64,000 nucleotides of DNA from Rebecca billardiae RCC1528 (lineage: Eukaryota > Protista > Haptophyta): positions 3,286,001-3,350,000 of the forward strand of contig OZ251226.1 in NCBI GenBank assembly GCA_965240325.2. The letters are read 5' to 3'. Position numbers and translations under genes: made by a program. A model generated the notes under the pieces. The model saw nothing but the letters and a program-made list of their open reading frames with translations. It had not been told where the DNA came from and did no database searches. This document shows, in pieces, positions 10,514 to 20,977 of the stretch (positions are counted from its first letter, which is position 1; every line of letters starts with the position of its first letter).

Positions 10514-12739
10514 ATGCAAGCGCCCGCGACGTGGCCACTGCAAGCTGCGCAGTGCGATGTCGTGCTCCGCGGGCTCGAGCGCGAGTTCACGTGCTGCATC
10601 TGCCTCAACTTGCTCGACGAGCCGATGCGTCTGCCGTGCGACCATCACATGTGCCGCAAGTGCACGCAGCACGCGCTTGATCAGGCGGCGCGCTGCCCGG
10701 TGTGCAAGGCGCCGACGACGCAGCGAGCCACGCACGCCAATGCGAAGCTGAAGCAGCTGACGGCGCTGTTCACCAACCTGCGTGACGCTGTCTGCGCCGC
10801 GCTGCTCCCGACTGACGGCGGCGGCGCCGAGGCGGAGCCCGGACCACCCGCGGCCGAGGGCAGCGGCACGGAGGACGAGGAGCCGCTGGGCACGGGCGGC
10901 CGCGGGGCGATCGCCGCCGCGGCGAGTGCGCAGCCGCCGACGATCCCGGACCTCTCCACCGCCGAGATCCATCGCGAGATCGCCGACGCGCGCGCCGTGC
11001 GGCAGCAGGTGCAGCGCGTGGCGGACGCGTTCGGCGCCCCGAGCGCGCCGCCGCGCGCCGCGCGGGCTGGGGCGCCCACGACGCCGGCGGGGGGCGATGG
11101 GGCGGGCGCGGGCGGGGCGGGCGCTGCAGAGGAGACGCTCCGCGCCGATGACGCGCACGCCAGGGCTGCCTTCGAGGTGCTCGTCCCCGCCTCGCAGACC
11201 GAGAGCCCGCCTGCGCCGAGCGGCGGCAGCGGCGGCACCGGGGGGCGCGGAGCGGGCGCCCGCGCGGACGTGGGTGTCAGAATGGTCGTGCCCGAGACGC
11301 AGATGATGGGGTTCGGGCCGGCGGAGCCGTGCATGCTCCCCCCGATGGAGCCGGGCCTGATGGGCAGCACGCCCCGCCTCTCGATGGACGAGAGCGACGA
11401 CGAGGAGGCGGCGGCGGCGGAGGAGCAGCGCGCGGCGCCGCACAGCCGCGCCGCCGCTGAGGCCAGCCAAGCGGAGCGCAGAGCGGCGCTCGAAGCGTCG
11501 GCCGGGGCAGCGGCCGCGCAGCCTGTGGAGCAGGCGGCACGCGGCGGCGGACGGTCCGCTCCGGCGGCTGGTCGGCCGCCCGTACCACCCGGCGCCCTCG
11601 CCACCGCCGAGCCGTCCGACCGCGCCGACGCCAGCCCCTTGGCGGGCAGCGCGCTCTCCCCCCACGAGGGGGCGGAGGAGGAGGAGGACGACGAGTGCTG
11701 CTGCGTGTGCGGCGCGGGCGACTTCGAGTCGGACAACTTGATCGTGTTCTGCTCGGGCTGCGACATCGCTGTGCACCAGGGCTGCTACGGCATCACGCGC
11801 GTGCCCGAAGGCGAGTGGTGGTGCGACCTGTGCGCGAACGGCGCGCGCAGTGACAGCAGCGTGCGGTGCGCCGTCTGCCCCGGCCGCAAGGGCGCGCTCA
11901 AGCGCACGCTGCGCGGCCGGTGGGGCGGCTGGATGCACGTCACGTGCGCGCAGTACTTGCCCGCGCTCGGCTTCGTGCACCCCGAGACGCTGCGCGACGC
12001 GGCGGGTGTGGACAAGCTCGACCGCGCGCGCCTCTCCCTCAGCTGCTCGCTGTGCGAGCGCGGGGCGGGCGCCACCGGCGCGGCCAAGGCGCGCGGCCGC
12101 GCCAAGGCCACGGCCGCGCCGGCAGCGGACGAGCTCGGGCGCGTGAGCGCGTGCGTGCAGTGCTCGCACGGCCGCTGCCTTGCCGCGTTCCACGTGAGCT
12201 GCGCGCAGCAGGCGGGCTACTTCATGGAGATCCGCGAGGACGCAGACGGCTGTGTGCACAACGAGATCTTCTGCCGCAAGCACTCGGAGCTGGTGCGCGC
12301 CGCGCGGCGGCGGCGGCAGCGGCCTGCCAGCGCGCGGCGGCGCGTAGCGCGTGCGCCGGAGCCCGCGCCCGCGCGCACGGCGCTGACACGCCCGTCTCTT
12401 CCCACGCACGCGCGGCCTTCCTGCACACCCGTCGCTGCGAACGCAGCGCCGGCAGCGCGGCGCGCACTTCACCCCCACGCCCACGCCCCGCAGCCGCAGC
12501 GGAGGGCGTGCACGGCTGTCCGGCAGCGCAGCGAAGCGCAGGCGCAAGCAGGCGGGCGACGCGCCATGACCCGGCCGGTCCGCCACCCGCTCACAGCGGC
12601 AAGCATGGTTTCGAGGACGCAAGGTATGGGGCCTGCTATGGAGCAATGCTCGGGCGGCCGTCGTCGCCTCGCATCATCAACACATCATGCTCCGCTTCGT
12701 AGTCGAAGCTGGTGCCCCGGCGCTCGCCGCTGCGTCTAG
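10514..12739 (+). CDS. RING finger + PHD + extended PHD (PZP) chromatin protein; probable intron from 12292, last exon uncertain
   Basis: CCICLNLLDEPMRLPCDHHMCRKC..CPVC (C3HC4 RING); CCVC..NLIVFCSGCDIAVHQGCYGI..WWCDLC; CAVCP..GALK..WMHVTCA..CSLC..CVQC..C..AFHVSCA..FCRKH. Confidence 0.85.
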   Translation: MQAPATWPLQAAQCDVVLRGLEREFTCCICLNLLDEPMRLPCDHHMCRKCTQHALDQAARCPVCKAPTTQRATHANAKLKQLTALFTNLRDAVCAALLPTDGGGAEAEPGPPAAEGSGTEDEEPLGTGGRGAIAAAASAQPPTIPDLSTAEIHREIADARAVRQQVQRVADAFGAPSAPPRAARAGAPTTPAGGDGAGAGGAGAAEETLRADDAHARAAFEVLVPASQTESPPAPSGGSGGTGGRGAGARADVGVRMVVPETQMMGFGPAEPCMLPPMEPGLMGSTPRLSMDESDDEEAAAAEEQRAAPHSRAAAEASQAERRAALEASAGAAAAQPVEQAARGGGRSAPAAGRPPVPPGALATAEPSDRADASPLAGSALSPHEGAEEEEDDECCCVCGAGDFESDNLIVFCSGCDIAVHQGCYGITRVPEGEWWCDLCANGARSDSSVRCAVCPGRKGALKRTLRGRWGGWMHVTCAQYLPALGFVHPETLRDAAGVDKLDRARLSLSCSLCERGAGATGAAKARGRAKATAAPAADELGRVSACVQCSHGRCLAAFHVSCAQQAGYFMEIREDADGCVHNEIFCRKHSELVRAARRRRQRPASARRRVARAPEPAPARTALTRPSLPTHARPSCTPVAANAAPAARRALHPHAHAPQPQRRACTAVRQRSEAQAQAGGRRAMTRPVRHPLTAASMVSRTQGMGPAMEQCSGGRRRLASSTHHAPLRSRSWCPGARRCV

Positions 12740-13502
12740 CGGGTCAAATGCTCCCGCGCGGCGGCGGGTCTGCGACTCTGATGAGCGCCGAGCGGGCTCT
12801 CACCTTTATTCACACCACGACTGCTCGCGGCAGGATCGCACGGCGAAGTCTGATTGTCAGCACACGCAGGGCGCGGTCGTAGTACTACCATCTGATCAGG
12901 CGGCGCAGCGCGGGTACTCGGCCTGAGTCCGTGCGGACACGGAGCCCTCTGTCATGTGTCACTGGCGGGCGCGGCACTGACCGACTCTGAACTATATCCG
13001 AATATGATATACCGATTAATAAGATCGACATCATCATCATACTGTATTATTTGACCTGCGGAATATATAGCTAGACGAGAGAGAGAGACGAGAGAGAGCT
13101 AGAGAGAGAGAGAGAGAGCGCGCATCGATCATCGTAGTCGCGTTGCTGTCGCGTTATATTAATACTAGCTGATGATGCTGATACTCATTGACGAATGAAT
13201 ATCACAATATGACATACTGATGGGCCGGTTTAGTAAGTATTCGGGTCGTCATCATATGCATGCGGCGTAGAGAGTACTAGTATCCGTTATCGTCATGCTC
13301 AGCGATGCTGCTGATCGCGCGATATAGATCGTCGTCGCCGTAGACTACCGCGCCCCGCCCGCGGCGCCCCGGGCCGGGCCGTGTCACCAGAGTCATATGC
13401 CGCGCCGCTGTCAATGTCATGTGATCACCATTCACCTGACTGCTGATGACTTCCTGCGAGCACGCAGAGCATGCTGCCGCGGAGCGAGCTGACGAGCGCC
13501 GG

Positions 13503-14789
13503 TCAGGTGGACAAGCCGACGACCTCGATCTCGGCGTCGCGCGGCGAGACGGGCCTGCTGCCGTGGGAGCTGTGCTGCGCGCGCGCGGCCACACCGGCGA
13601 GCGGCTCGCCCGTCGCGTGCATCCGCCACAGCAGCCAGGCCGCGTACGGCGCGGCCAAGAACACGTACAGCGAGCTGAGCACGTACGAGGCGACGAGCGC
13701 CGAGGTGGAGATGAGCCTGGCGGGCGGGAGGCCGGAAGAGAGCGCCAGCCCGAGCGCCGCGACGGCGAGCGCGTCGAGCGGCACGAGCAGCGGCAGGATG
13801 ATGCAGCTCACGCCAAAGCCGGCGCAGCCGCAGCAGAACTCGTGCGCGCCGTTGCCCGGGTCGAAGACCCACGCGCCCATGAAGAGGCCGATCACCGCCT
13901 TCTCGGGGCTGAGCACGAAGAGCAGCGCGGAGGCGGGCTCGCGCCGCCACGTCGCCGCCACGTCGAGCAGCAGCCACGCGGGGAACACGCGCGCCGCGTT
14001 GATGGTCGCGTACGCGTACACGACCTCTCGCACGCCCACCACGCACCCGAGCACGCGCGCGGGCTCGGTGAGCTCGCGCCACGACGCGTTGAGCGCCATG
14101 GCGTAGCCGACGGGCTGGAGGAGGTGGAACGCGAGCAGGCGGAACACCGCCGTCGCCGCCGCCATGTTCGGCCCCATGCTCCGCATCCGGCACGCCTGCT
14201 GCCACGTGATCGCCTCCTGCCAACCCGACACGTTCGAGCCGACCGCCAGCCGCTCGTACGTGAGCGCGTCGACGAGCGGGTTGCGCCGCACGGCGCGGAC
14301 GACGCGCGAGCACGCGGCGAGCGGGAAGTCCGCGAGCGCGCGCAGCAGCACGGGCACGAGCACGAGCGCGACGAGCACGCTCGGCGTCGCGAACCGCCCC
14401 ATGCGCGTGGACGTGTACGGCGTCGACGTGGCGACAATGTCAGAGAGGAGGCGGCCCTCCGCCCGGGGCGGCGGGCGCGCGCAGCACGAGGCGGCGATGC
14501 ATGCGCAACGGGGGAGGCGTGCCAGCGCGCCGCACGAGAAGAGCGAGCGCGCCACGTCGCAGCCACCATCCGCGGGGCACGCGTGGGCGCAGCCTGCTGG
14601 CGCCACGAGCTGCGCGACGCGCGTGGCCAGCACATCGGACGGCGCGCCGCCCTCGGGGGCGCGCGCGCGGGCGAACGCGACCGCGCCGAGCACGAGGGCG
14701 GGTGCGAGGCACCTCGACGTGCTCGCCGCGCCCGCGAGGGTCCGCCATAGCCTGGGCGGACGGCTGGAGTGGGGTGGCCTCCCGCGCAT
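13503..14789 (-). CDS. Multi-pass membrane protein of unknown function (start uncertain)
   Basis: Long ORF with GC3-biased codons, a Cys-rich N-terminal segment and several hydrophobic helices. Confidence 0.6.
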   Translation of the reverse strand: MRGRPPHSSRPPRLWRTLAGAASTSRCLAPALVLGAVAFARARAPEGGAPSDVLATRVAQLVAPAGCAHACPADGGCDVARSLFSCGALARLPRCACIAASCCARPPPRAEGRLLSDIVATSTPYTSTRMGRFATPSVLVALVLVPVLLRALADFPLAACSRVVRAVRRNPLVDALTYERLAVGSNVSGWQEAITWQQACRMRSMGPNMAAATAVFRLLAFHLLQPVGYAMALNASWRELTEPARVLGCVVGVREVVYAYATINAARVFPAWLLLDVAATWRREPASALLFVLSPEKAVIGLFMGAWVFDPGNGAHEFCCGCAGFGVSCIILPLLVPLDALAVAALGLALSSGLPPARLISTSALVASYVLSSLYVFLAAPYAAWLLWRMHATGEPLAGVAARAQHSSHGSRPVSPRDAEIEVVGLST

Positions 14790-14926
14790 TTTGGAGGGCG
14801 GACCAAGGGTGTCAGCGCTTGGCAGCTCTCGGGAGCAATGGCGACGAAGCCAGCCAGATTCGTCAACGGAAAAAAGGCGGTCTTGCGATTGAACCCCCTT
14901 GGTCTTGCCGCGGCAATATAGCGGTG

Positions 14927-15766
14927 ATGGCGGCGGCACCAGACGTGCTGGAATGGTCCGGCCGGCTGGCGTGGCTGGTGGAGCAGGGCATCGTCGGGGC
15001 CGACGAGACGCAGCCTCTCGACGCCTGCACCGAGCGTCTGAGCCGCGCGATGACCATCGTCCTCGCGCTCGAGCGCTTGCAACCGCGCGTGCCCCCTGGG
15101 GGCGTGCTTGCACTGCTCGTGCTCGGCCCCGACGTGGCGGAAGGCGAGGACGAGGCGGGGCTCAAGGCGACGTTCGAGGCTGCGTCCGAGGTGCTCGGCC
15201 GCTCGCATGGCGTGCGTGAGCTGCACATCGATCTCGTTGGCCCCAACTTGCCCGTTGGCTGCGAGCGCGATTCGGTGACATTGCCGCAGGCCTTACAGGC
15301 AGCGGGCGCGTCAGGCGCGGACGCGCGCGGTGCCGTCCTGCGCATGCGCGGCGTGCGCTCGCTGCTGCACGACGAGGGCGCGGCCGCAGCCCTGTCGGCA
15401 GGCATGCCGACGCATGCCACCGCCGCGGCGCCGCGCGCGTACGCGTGCGCGTTCGCCTTCAACGCGGGCATCTGGGGCTATGACTCGTGGCGCCCCACCC
15501 TGCAGGCACTCGGGGCGATGGGGGCGCCGCCGCCGCCGCTGGTCTTCACGTCGTACAACGAGCTCGAAGCGGACGACGATGCGGGCGCGCTCGAGGCTCT
15601 CGGCCTCGAGGAAACGCGCGACTGGCGATGGATCCCGGAGCCGAACCCGCACCGTGCGACACGCGCGTGGTCCAACGCGCTCGGCCGGCAGGCGGCGGAC
15701 AATGCGTGGTGGCAATGCGTCGACGTCAGTCGACTTGGCCCTGCGCGCGATGAGCTGCCGCAATGA
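14927..15766 (+). CDS. MSS51/ZMYND15 C-terminal-like domain protein (no MYND finger)
   Basis: LHIDLVGP, FNAGIWGYDSWRPTL, PLVFTSYNELEADDD, EPNPHR, NAWW match the MSS51 C-terminal motifs. Confidence 0.72.
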   Translation: MAAAPDVLEWSGRLAWLVEQGIVGADETQPLDACTERLSRAMTIVLALERLQPRVPPGGVLALLVLGPDVAEGEDEAGLKATFEAASEVLGRSHGVRELHIDLVGPNLPVGCERDSVTLPQALQAAGASGADARGAVLRMRGVRSLLHDEGAAAALSAGMPTHATAAAPRAYACAFAFNAGIWGYDSWRPTLQALGAMGAPPPPLVFTSYNELEADDDAGALEALGLEETRDWRWIPEPNPHRATRAWSNALGRQAADNAWWQCVDVSRLGPARDELPQ

Positions 15767-16117
15767 GATGAGTGCAGACGACGGGAGGGCCAATCTGCAA
15801 CGGTGCGACCGACCTCCTCAGACCTCGGGACCGCACCCACCAGGCGCACGATGCCTTTGCGCTCGCCCAAAAGGGAGCAGAATAAGAATGATACAGTCGT
15901 GCTGTAAGATTCGGCGTGAGAAGATGGGGCGTTTAGTGACAGTGAATCCCAGAATCGGTGGGATCTGCAATATGAACCGCGAACCACGCGAAAACCGAGC
16001 AGCTCGCGACGGTCTTGCGGTGATGAACCGGCCCTGGAATCTGCGGCGAGCCCTTCATCACGTCGTGTCCCTTCGGGGCCCCCCACCGACCTCGCGCTCC
16101 TCGCCGTAGCCAAGCCG

Positions 16118-18196
16118 ATGCTGGTGCCGAGTAGGCGCGTGCTCGCACTCCTCGCAGGCGCGCTGGTCGCGTTCGCCCTCGGCGTAGCCCTCCTTGTCCT
16201 CCCCGACGCGCCAGCCAGCTGGCGCGCGAGCACTGAGGCTGGCGGCGAGGGCACTGGCGCTTCATCCGCCTCCTCTTCAGACTACACGATCTGCCATCCG
16301 GACCCAGATCTGCTCGTGTGGGACGAGGTCCCTCAGGGGAAGCTGCGCGAGCACGTCGAGCACGAGCTCCACGGCTGGCTCAAGGTCCCCATCGTCCACA
16401 ACCAGTTCGATAATTTTGTCCCGGTGGACGTCGATCTCGGCTACACGGCCGTGCGCGTCTCGGCGCTCACCAACTGCTTCGAGGGGCACAAGGCGGTGCT
16501 CACGCACTGCGGTGGGCCGGGCCGCGCGCATGACTGCCACCTGTTCCTCGACAACTTCATGATGCCCATGCTCCACAAGGGCTTCGACAACCTCGCCATC
16601 ACGCAGCGCGGCATCGAGCCGGCAAGCGACGACGAAGACCCGCCGGAGGTGCCCTTCCTCCAGCCGGGCAGCGACGAGCGCGTCAAGCCGTTCCCGCAGA
16701 TCAAGTGCTACGACGCGCTGTCGTACCACGCGCTCGCCGCGGTGAAGCGGGCGCACGAGGACGCCCGCCTCGACTTCGACGCCCTGTACGCCAGCGCGCT
16801 GCCGTTCCTCAACCACCACAACCCGCAGGTCGCGATCCAGACGCACAAGGACGCGATCGAGCTCGTCGCGCTGCTGCAGCAGGCGGCGGCGATGCAGTGC
16901 CGCGAGGAGTACGCGCTCGGGGCGACCGACGTGCGCGGCCAGATGGCGTGGCAGGACTTTGCCGGCACCGTCGACCTCGTGCACGACATGGACATCTTCC
17001 GGCAGGCCGTTGGTGCGCACGCGCGCGCGCTGCTCCCGGCCGAGGGGCCGAGCCCCCCCGCGCGCGCTGCCGACACGCCTGGCGCGCACGCGCACTCCCC
17101 GCGCCCCGCAGGCGCGGAGAAGCTCTCGGTGTGGGGCCAGACGTACGGCTCCGAGGTGGCCGCCACGTACGCGAGCGTGTTTGTGGAGCGCGTGGACCGG
17201 CTCGTGCTGGACGGCAACCAGGCGGTGCACCGGGACGTGCACGAGTACGGAGAGGTGGTGGCGGAGGCGTACGAGCAGGTGGTCGCCGGGATCTGCTCGG
17301 CGTGCGACGCGGACTACTTCCTCGGCGGCGACAGGCCCGACGACGAGAAGTGCGCCGCCGCGCCGTACCCGTCCTCCAAGCTGCGCGAGCTGCTGCTGAC
17401 GCACCACTCGTTTGTGAAGGCGCTCGCGCTCACGCACGCGGCCATCATGGGCGACGGCGTCGAGCTGAACGGCGTGCAGCCGGGCGGGGCGATGCTGATG
17501 GCGTGCGTGCAGTCGCTGTACGAGTACGGCGACTTCCGCGGCGCCGGCTGCTGCTTCAAGGCGACCAAGCCGCTCGGGCTGCCCGCCGACCCGGCCGCGT
17601 TTGCGCAGCGGCTCGAGCGCGACCAGAGGCGCACCAACCCCATCGCGCTCGTGCGCGCTGTCGACTTTGCCGGCCGGATGAACGCGCGCGAGCTGGCGGA
17701 GTACCTGCACGATATCCTGCGCCCGCGGCATCCGATGGGCTTCCTGCGCGCGTGGGACCTCGTGTACATCACGACCGCGCCCAACGTGCCGCGCCCCGGC
17801 CCGCCGCTCGGCACCGTCGACCCGCTCGTGCGCCCGCTCGTGATCGCCGAGCTCAACGACCCGATGACGACGTGGAACGCCGTGCAGCAGCTGGCGCAGG
17901 CCTTCCCCAACGGCAGGGTGCTTAGCTGGGCGGGCTTCCGCAGCAGCCTCCCCGACTGGGCGGGCATGTCGCACGACGAGCTCAGGGAGCGCGGCCATGA
18001 GCAGGTCGTCAACTCGGGCTGGGGCGCCAACGCGTGCCACACCGCGCTCGAGCGGTACATGCAGGACCTCGAGTTCCCGCACGACGGGGTCACCTGCCCG
18101 ATCAACGGGCCAGCGGCCGGCAGCCTTGCGGCGAAGGTTGCCGTCGAAGCCATCGAGGGCGGCGATTGCCTGCCCTTCGAGTTTGTGGACGACTGA
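16118..18196 (+). CDS. Secreted or anchored alpha/beta hydrolase, TAP-like (peptidase S33) family, with an altered catalytic triad; in-frame intron 17013-17111
   Basis: N-terminal hydrophobic segment; HCGGPG, QRGI, DMDIFRQAVG, WGQTYGS, RLVLDG, ELNDPMT, C-terminal CxxxxxxxYM...P.DGVTC. Confidence 0.75.
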   Translation: MLVPSRRVLALLAGALVAFALGVALLVLPDAPASWRASTEAGGEGTGASSASSSDYTICHPDPDLLVWDEVPQGKLREHVEHELHGWLKVPIVHNQFDNFVPVDVDLGYTAVRVSALTNCFEGHKAVLTHCGGPGRAHDCHLFLDNFMMPMLHKGFDNLAITQRGIEPASDDEDPPEVPFLQPGSDERVKPFPQIKCYDALSYHALAAVKRAHEDARLDFDALYASALPFLNHHNPQVAIQTHKDAIELVALLQQAAAMQCREEYALGATDVRGQMAWQDFAGTVDLVHDMDIFRQAVGAHARALLPAEGPSPPARAADTPGAHAHSPRPAGAEKLSVWGQTYGSEVAATYASVFVERVDRLVLDGNQAVHRDVHEYGEVVAEAYEQVVAGICSACDADYFLGGDRPDDEKCAAAPYPSSKLRELLLTHHSFVKALALTHAAIMGDGVELNGVQPGGAMLMACVQSLYEYGDFRGAGCCFKATKPLGLPADPAAFAQRLERDQRRTNPIALVRAVDFAGRMNARELAEYLHDILRPRHPMGFLRAWDLVYITTAPNVPRPGPPLGTVDPLVRPLVIAELNDPMTTWNAVQQLAQAFPNGRVLSWAGFRSSLPDWAGMSHDELRERGHEQVVNSGWGANACHTALERYMQDLEFPHDGVTCPINGPAAGSLAAKVAVEAIEGGDCLPFEFVDD

Positions 18197-18932
18197 CGGG
18201 CCGCGCCCCGGATCCGAGAAGCGCATTGGTTCCGCCCTGGCAACCCGCCTCGTCATCCAGTGAGGCGGATGATGGCCAGCGCTCACTCCAGACGGCGGTC
18301 ACAAGCTCACAACTTGGTGGCGTCGCGTCGAACTCGCAGCCACTTACTACTGCGCTGTTATTAGATGATGACGCGCGCGCGCTCGAATATTTATTCATCG
18401 GTGGCACGGGTCACGCCGCGTAAGTCCGCAGCCCGTGGGCGTCAACTGTCAACGGACTCACTCAATCAAGTCTTGAATAATTCAAGTCAGCCGTGATGAC
18501 TGATGACTCACTCATCAGCTGATCGACTGACTGAGTATCCGTAGCTAGCGCCGCGATACGGTGTAGCGCGCGTCGCGTATAGCATCAGCCAGCATGACGA
18601 TTACTACATCCGCGCATATCAGCTAAGATAACAAAAGTATGCATAGCAGAGCGCTCAACTAATAACTAAGTAAGCCGTGACGCCGATCGGTGCTGCGGCG
18701 TGTCATCGGCGCATCCCGGACTGCATTGGCCGCCCGCCAAGTCTGATCGTGAGGGCCCTGCCAGTGTGCCGTGTGGTGGGTCGCGCGCCGGACCAGTGGC
18801 AGTGATTGAGTGAGCCGGCGGTAGTCGATGAGCGGCCAATGATAGTGTCTGTGCCAGACAGCTCCAGTGACCCGGACTATCGCCGACGCCAGTCTCAGCG
18901 CCGCCGGCCCGAGCTGCAGCGCGCGACTTCAT

Positions 18933-20603
18933 TCAGCATCCAGCAACTGTCTCGAGCACTGCGGGCACGTCGATGAGCGGTATTTCGAGCGCACTCGTCA
19001 AGCTGAGCACGGCTTCGAGCGCCTCCTTGGGCGTGCCCTTGCTCACCATCACGTCGGCGAGCCAGGTCGGCAACCCTTCCGCTGGGCCGGTCACATAGTC
19101 GCCGCGCGAGACGAGCGGCTTTGCGTAGATCACCCCAGGCAGCGCGCGCAGCTCCTCCACCGACTTGGTGTGCTCGACGATGCCCGACCGCGGTGCGTTC
19201 ACGTAGTTGTACGCCAGGCTGCAGCGCGGTGACCGCCCGGCGCGCACGCCGCTCGGCACGCCCAGGCAGCAGCGCAGCGCCTCCTCCACCAAGTCGACGC
19301 CGTGCACACGCAAGTGTGTATCGCGCACCTGCCCGCCGCCCATGCGCGCGTTGATCTCGATCAGCCGCGGGCCCCGCGACGTGTACTTGAGCTCGACGTG
19401 GAACACGCCGGCGGAGAAGCCACAGCAGCGGAGGCTCTCCACCGCCATGTCCTGCGGGTGGGCGTCGGGCAGCGCGCACGCTCATCAGAGTGGCAGCCTG
19501 GCGACAGTGCGGCGGGTTGGGGGCCTTGCGCGGCGATGCGCACTCGAGACCAACATGCCGCGCGGGGACGCGCACCTTGAGCTCTTCCTGCTTCGCATCG
19601 CTCAGCAGCGACGGGCACACGCCCCACGTCTCGTTGAAGTACGGCTCGACGGTGGGCCCGTTGTCCACGACGACCGCGTACAATGGCTGCCCGCCTCCCA
19701 GCACCACGTCCACGTCCACCTCGCACCCGTCGAGGTACTCCTCCAGCCTGCGGCGCGGCGAGGCGGGGGCGGCTGGGCGTGAGCACGCGCGTGGGTTGGG
19801 GTCGTGAGCACGCGCGCGGGCATGGCTGCGCGGCGAGCGCCGTACATGAAGCCACCGCCGCCACCGCCGCTGAGCCCGCTGCAAGGAGAGGCGGGCGGGT
19901 CCTGAGAGCAGCCGCTCGGTTTGTCAATGTTCGACTCGACCGAGCTGGACTTGGGGACGAGCGCGCCCGATGAGACGACCGTGTCGTCCATCTCGGCGAG
20001 CACCTTGGCAAACACACGAGGAAGCTCGTCGGCGGTGGTCACCTTCTTCACGCCGAGCGACGCCGCGCCGTGGATCGGCTTGAGCACGGCGGGCAGCCCG
20101 ACCGCGGACAGCGCGCCTTCGAGGTCGTCTGCGTCGTGCACGAGCGCGTTGGCGGGCGTGGCGAGGCCGGCGGCCATCATGCACGCGCGTGTGGCGTACT
20201 TGTTGCGGGCCACCTCAACCGCCGAGGGTGGCGCGCCTGGCAGCCCGAGCGCCTCCGCGAGCCGTGCGCTGATGCCGACGCTCAGCTCGCAGAAGGAGGT
20301 CACGCCGTCAGGCATGCGGCAGCCGACGGCGGGATCTGTCTGCAGGCCGTAGATGGCGGCGAGGGCATCTTCGAAGAGCGTGTCTTCATCCTTGCTGGCC
20401 ATCTCCAGCTCCACCAGCTTGGCCACCGTGCCCTCACTGACGAGGGCACGCACCCACGAGCCCGGCTCGTCGATGACGACTGAATCGATCCCCAGCTCTC
20501 GCGCGCGCTCGAAGATGAAGCGCTTGCCCTCGTACCCGGGGGAGAAGAAGACGACGAGCTTGTTCCTGAGGATCGAAGCCCCCGGGTCTGATGGTGTGCT
20601 CAT
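18933..20603 (-). CDS. ATP-grasp amino-acid ligase, carnosine synthase-like; introns 19748-19845 and 19452-19575
   Basis: GYEGKRFIFERA, ARNKYATR, PAVLKPIHGAASLGV, LEEYLDGCEVDVD, PYFNETWG, GVFHVELK, LIEINARMGG. Confidence 0.85.
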
Positions 20604-20977
20604 CGCCACGAGCTGCGACTGTGCGTGCGCGCGTCGAGTCGGTGGTTGGACGGCGTGAAGACGCGCGAGATCGGACTGTGAATCCTCCGTCAACTCCGGT
20701 GCCGCGGTTGCACACGGGGCCGCAGAGTTTCCACTCCTCCTTCAGCAGGCCTACAAAAGTGAGACGACTGAAAGTGACTGAGCTTCAGGCCAGCTGCGCC
20801 GCGGCAGCCAATGAGGTGAGCCTGGTGAACGACTTGGAAGCCACCGCGGCTCAGAATCTGGACACTGCTGACGCACTGTTCGCCCGATGTTGCCCCCCCC
20901 GCAGGGGCAGTCGGCTCCGCAGCACCCGCGCGCGCTGATGAGCGTCATGCAAAGGCCACGCGGCCCGCCCCTCGCGC

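Noticed and set aside
14889-14901. TTGAACCCCCTTG as another P-like footprint in a divergent promoter
   Set aside because: Only one short end and no flanking duplication
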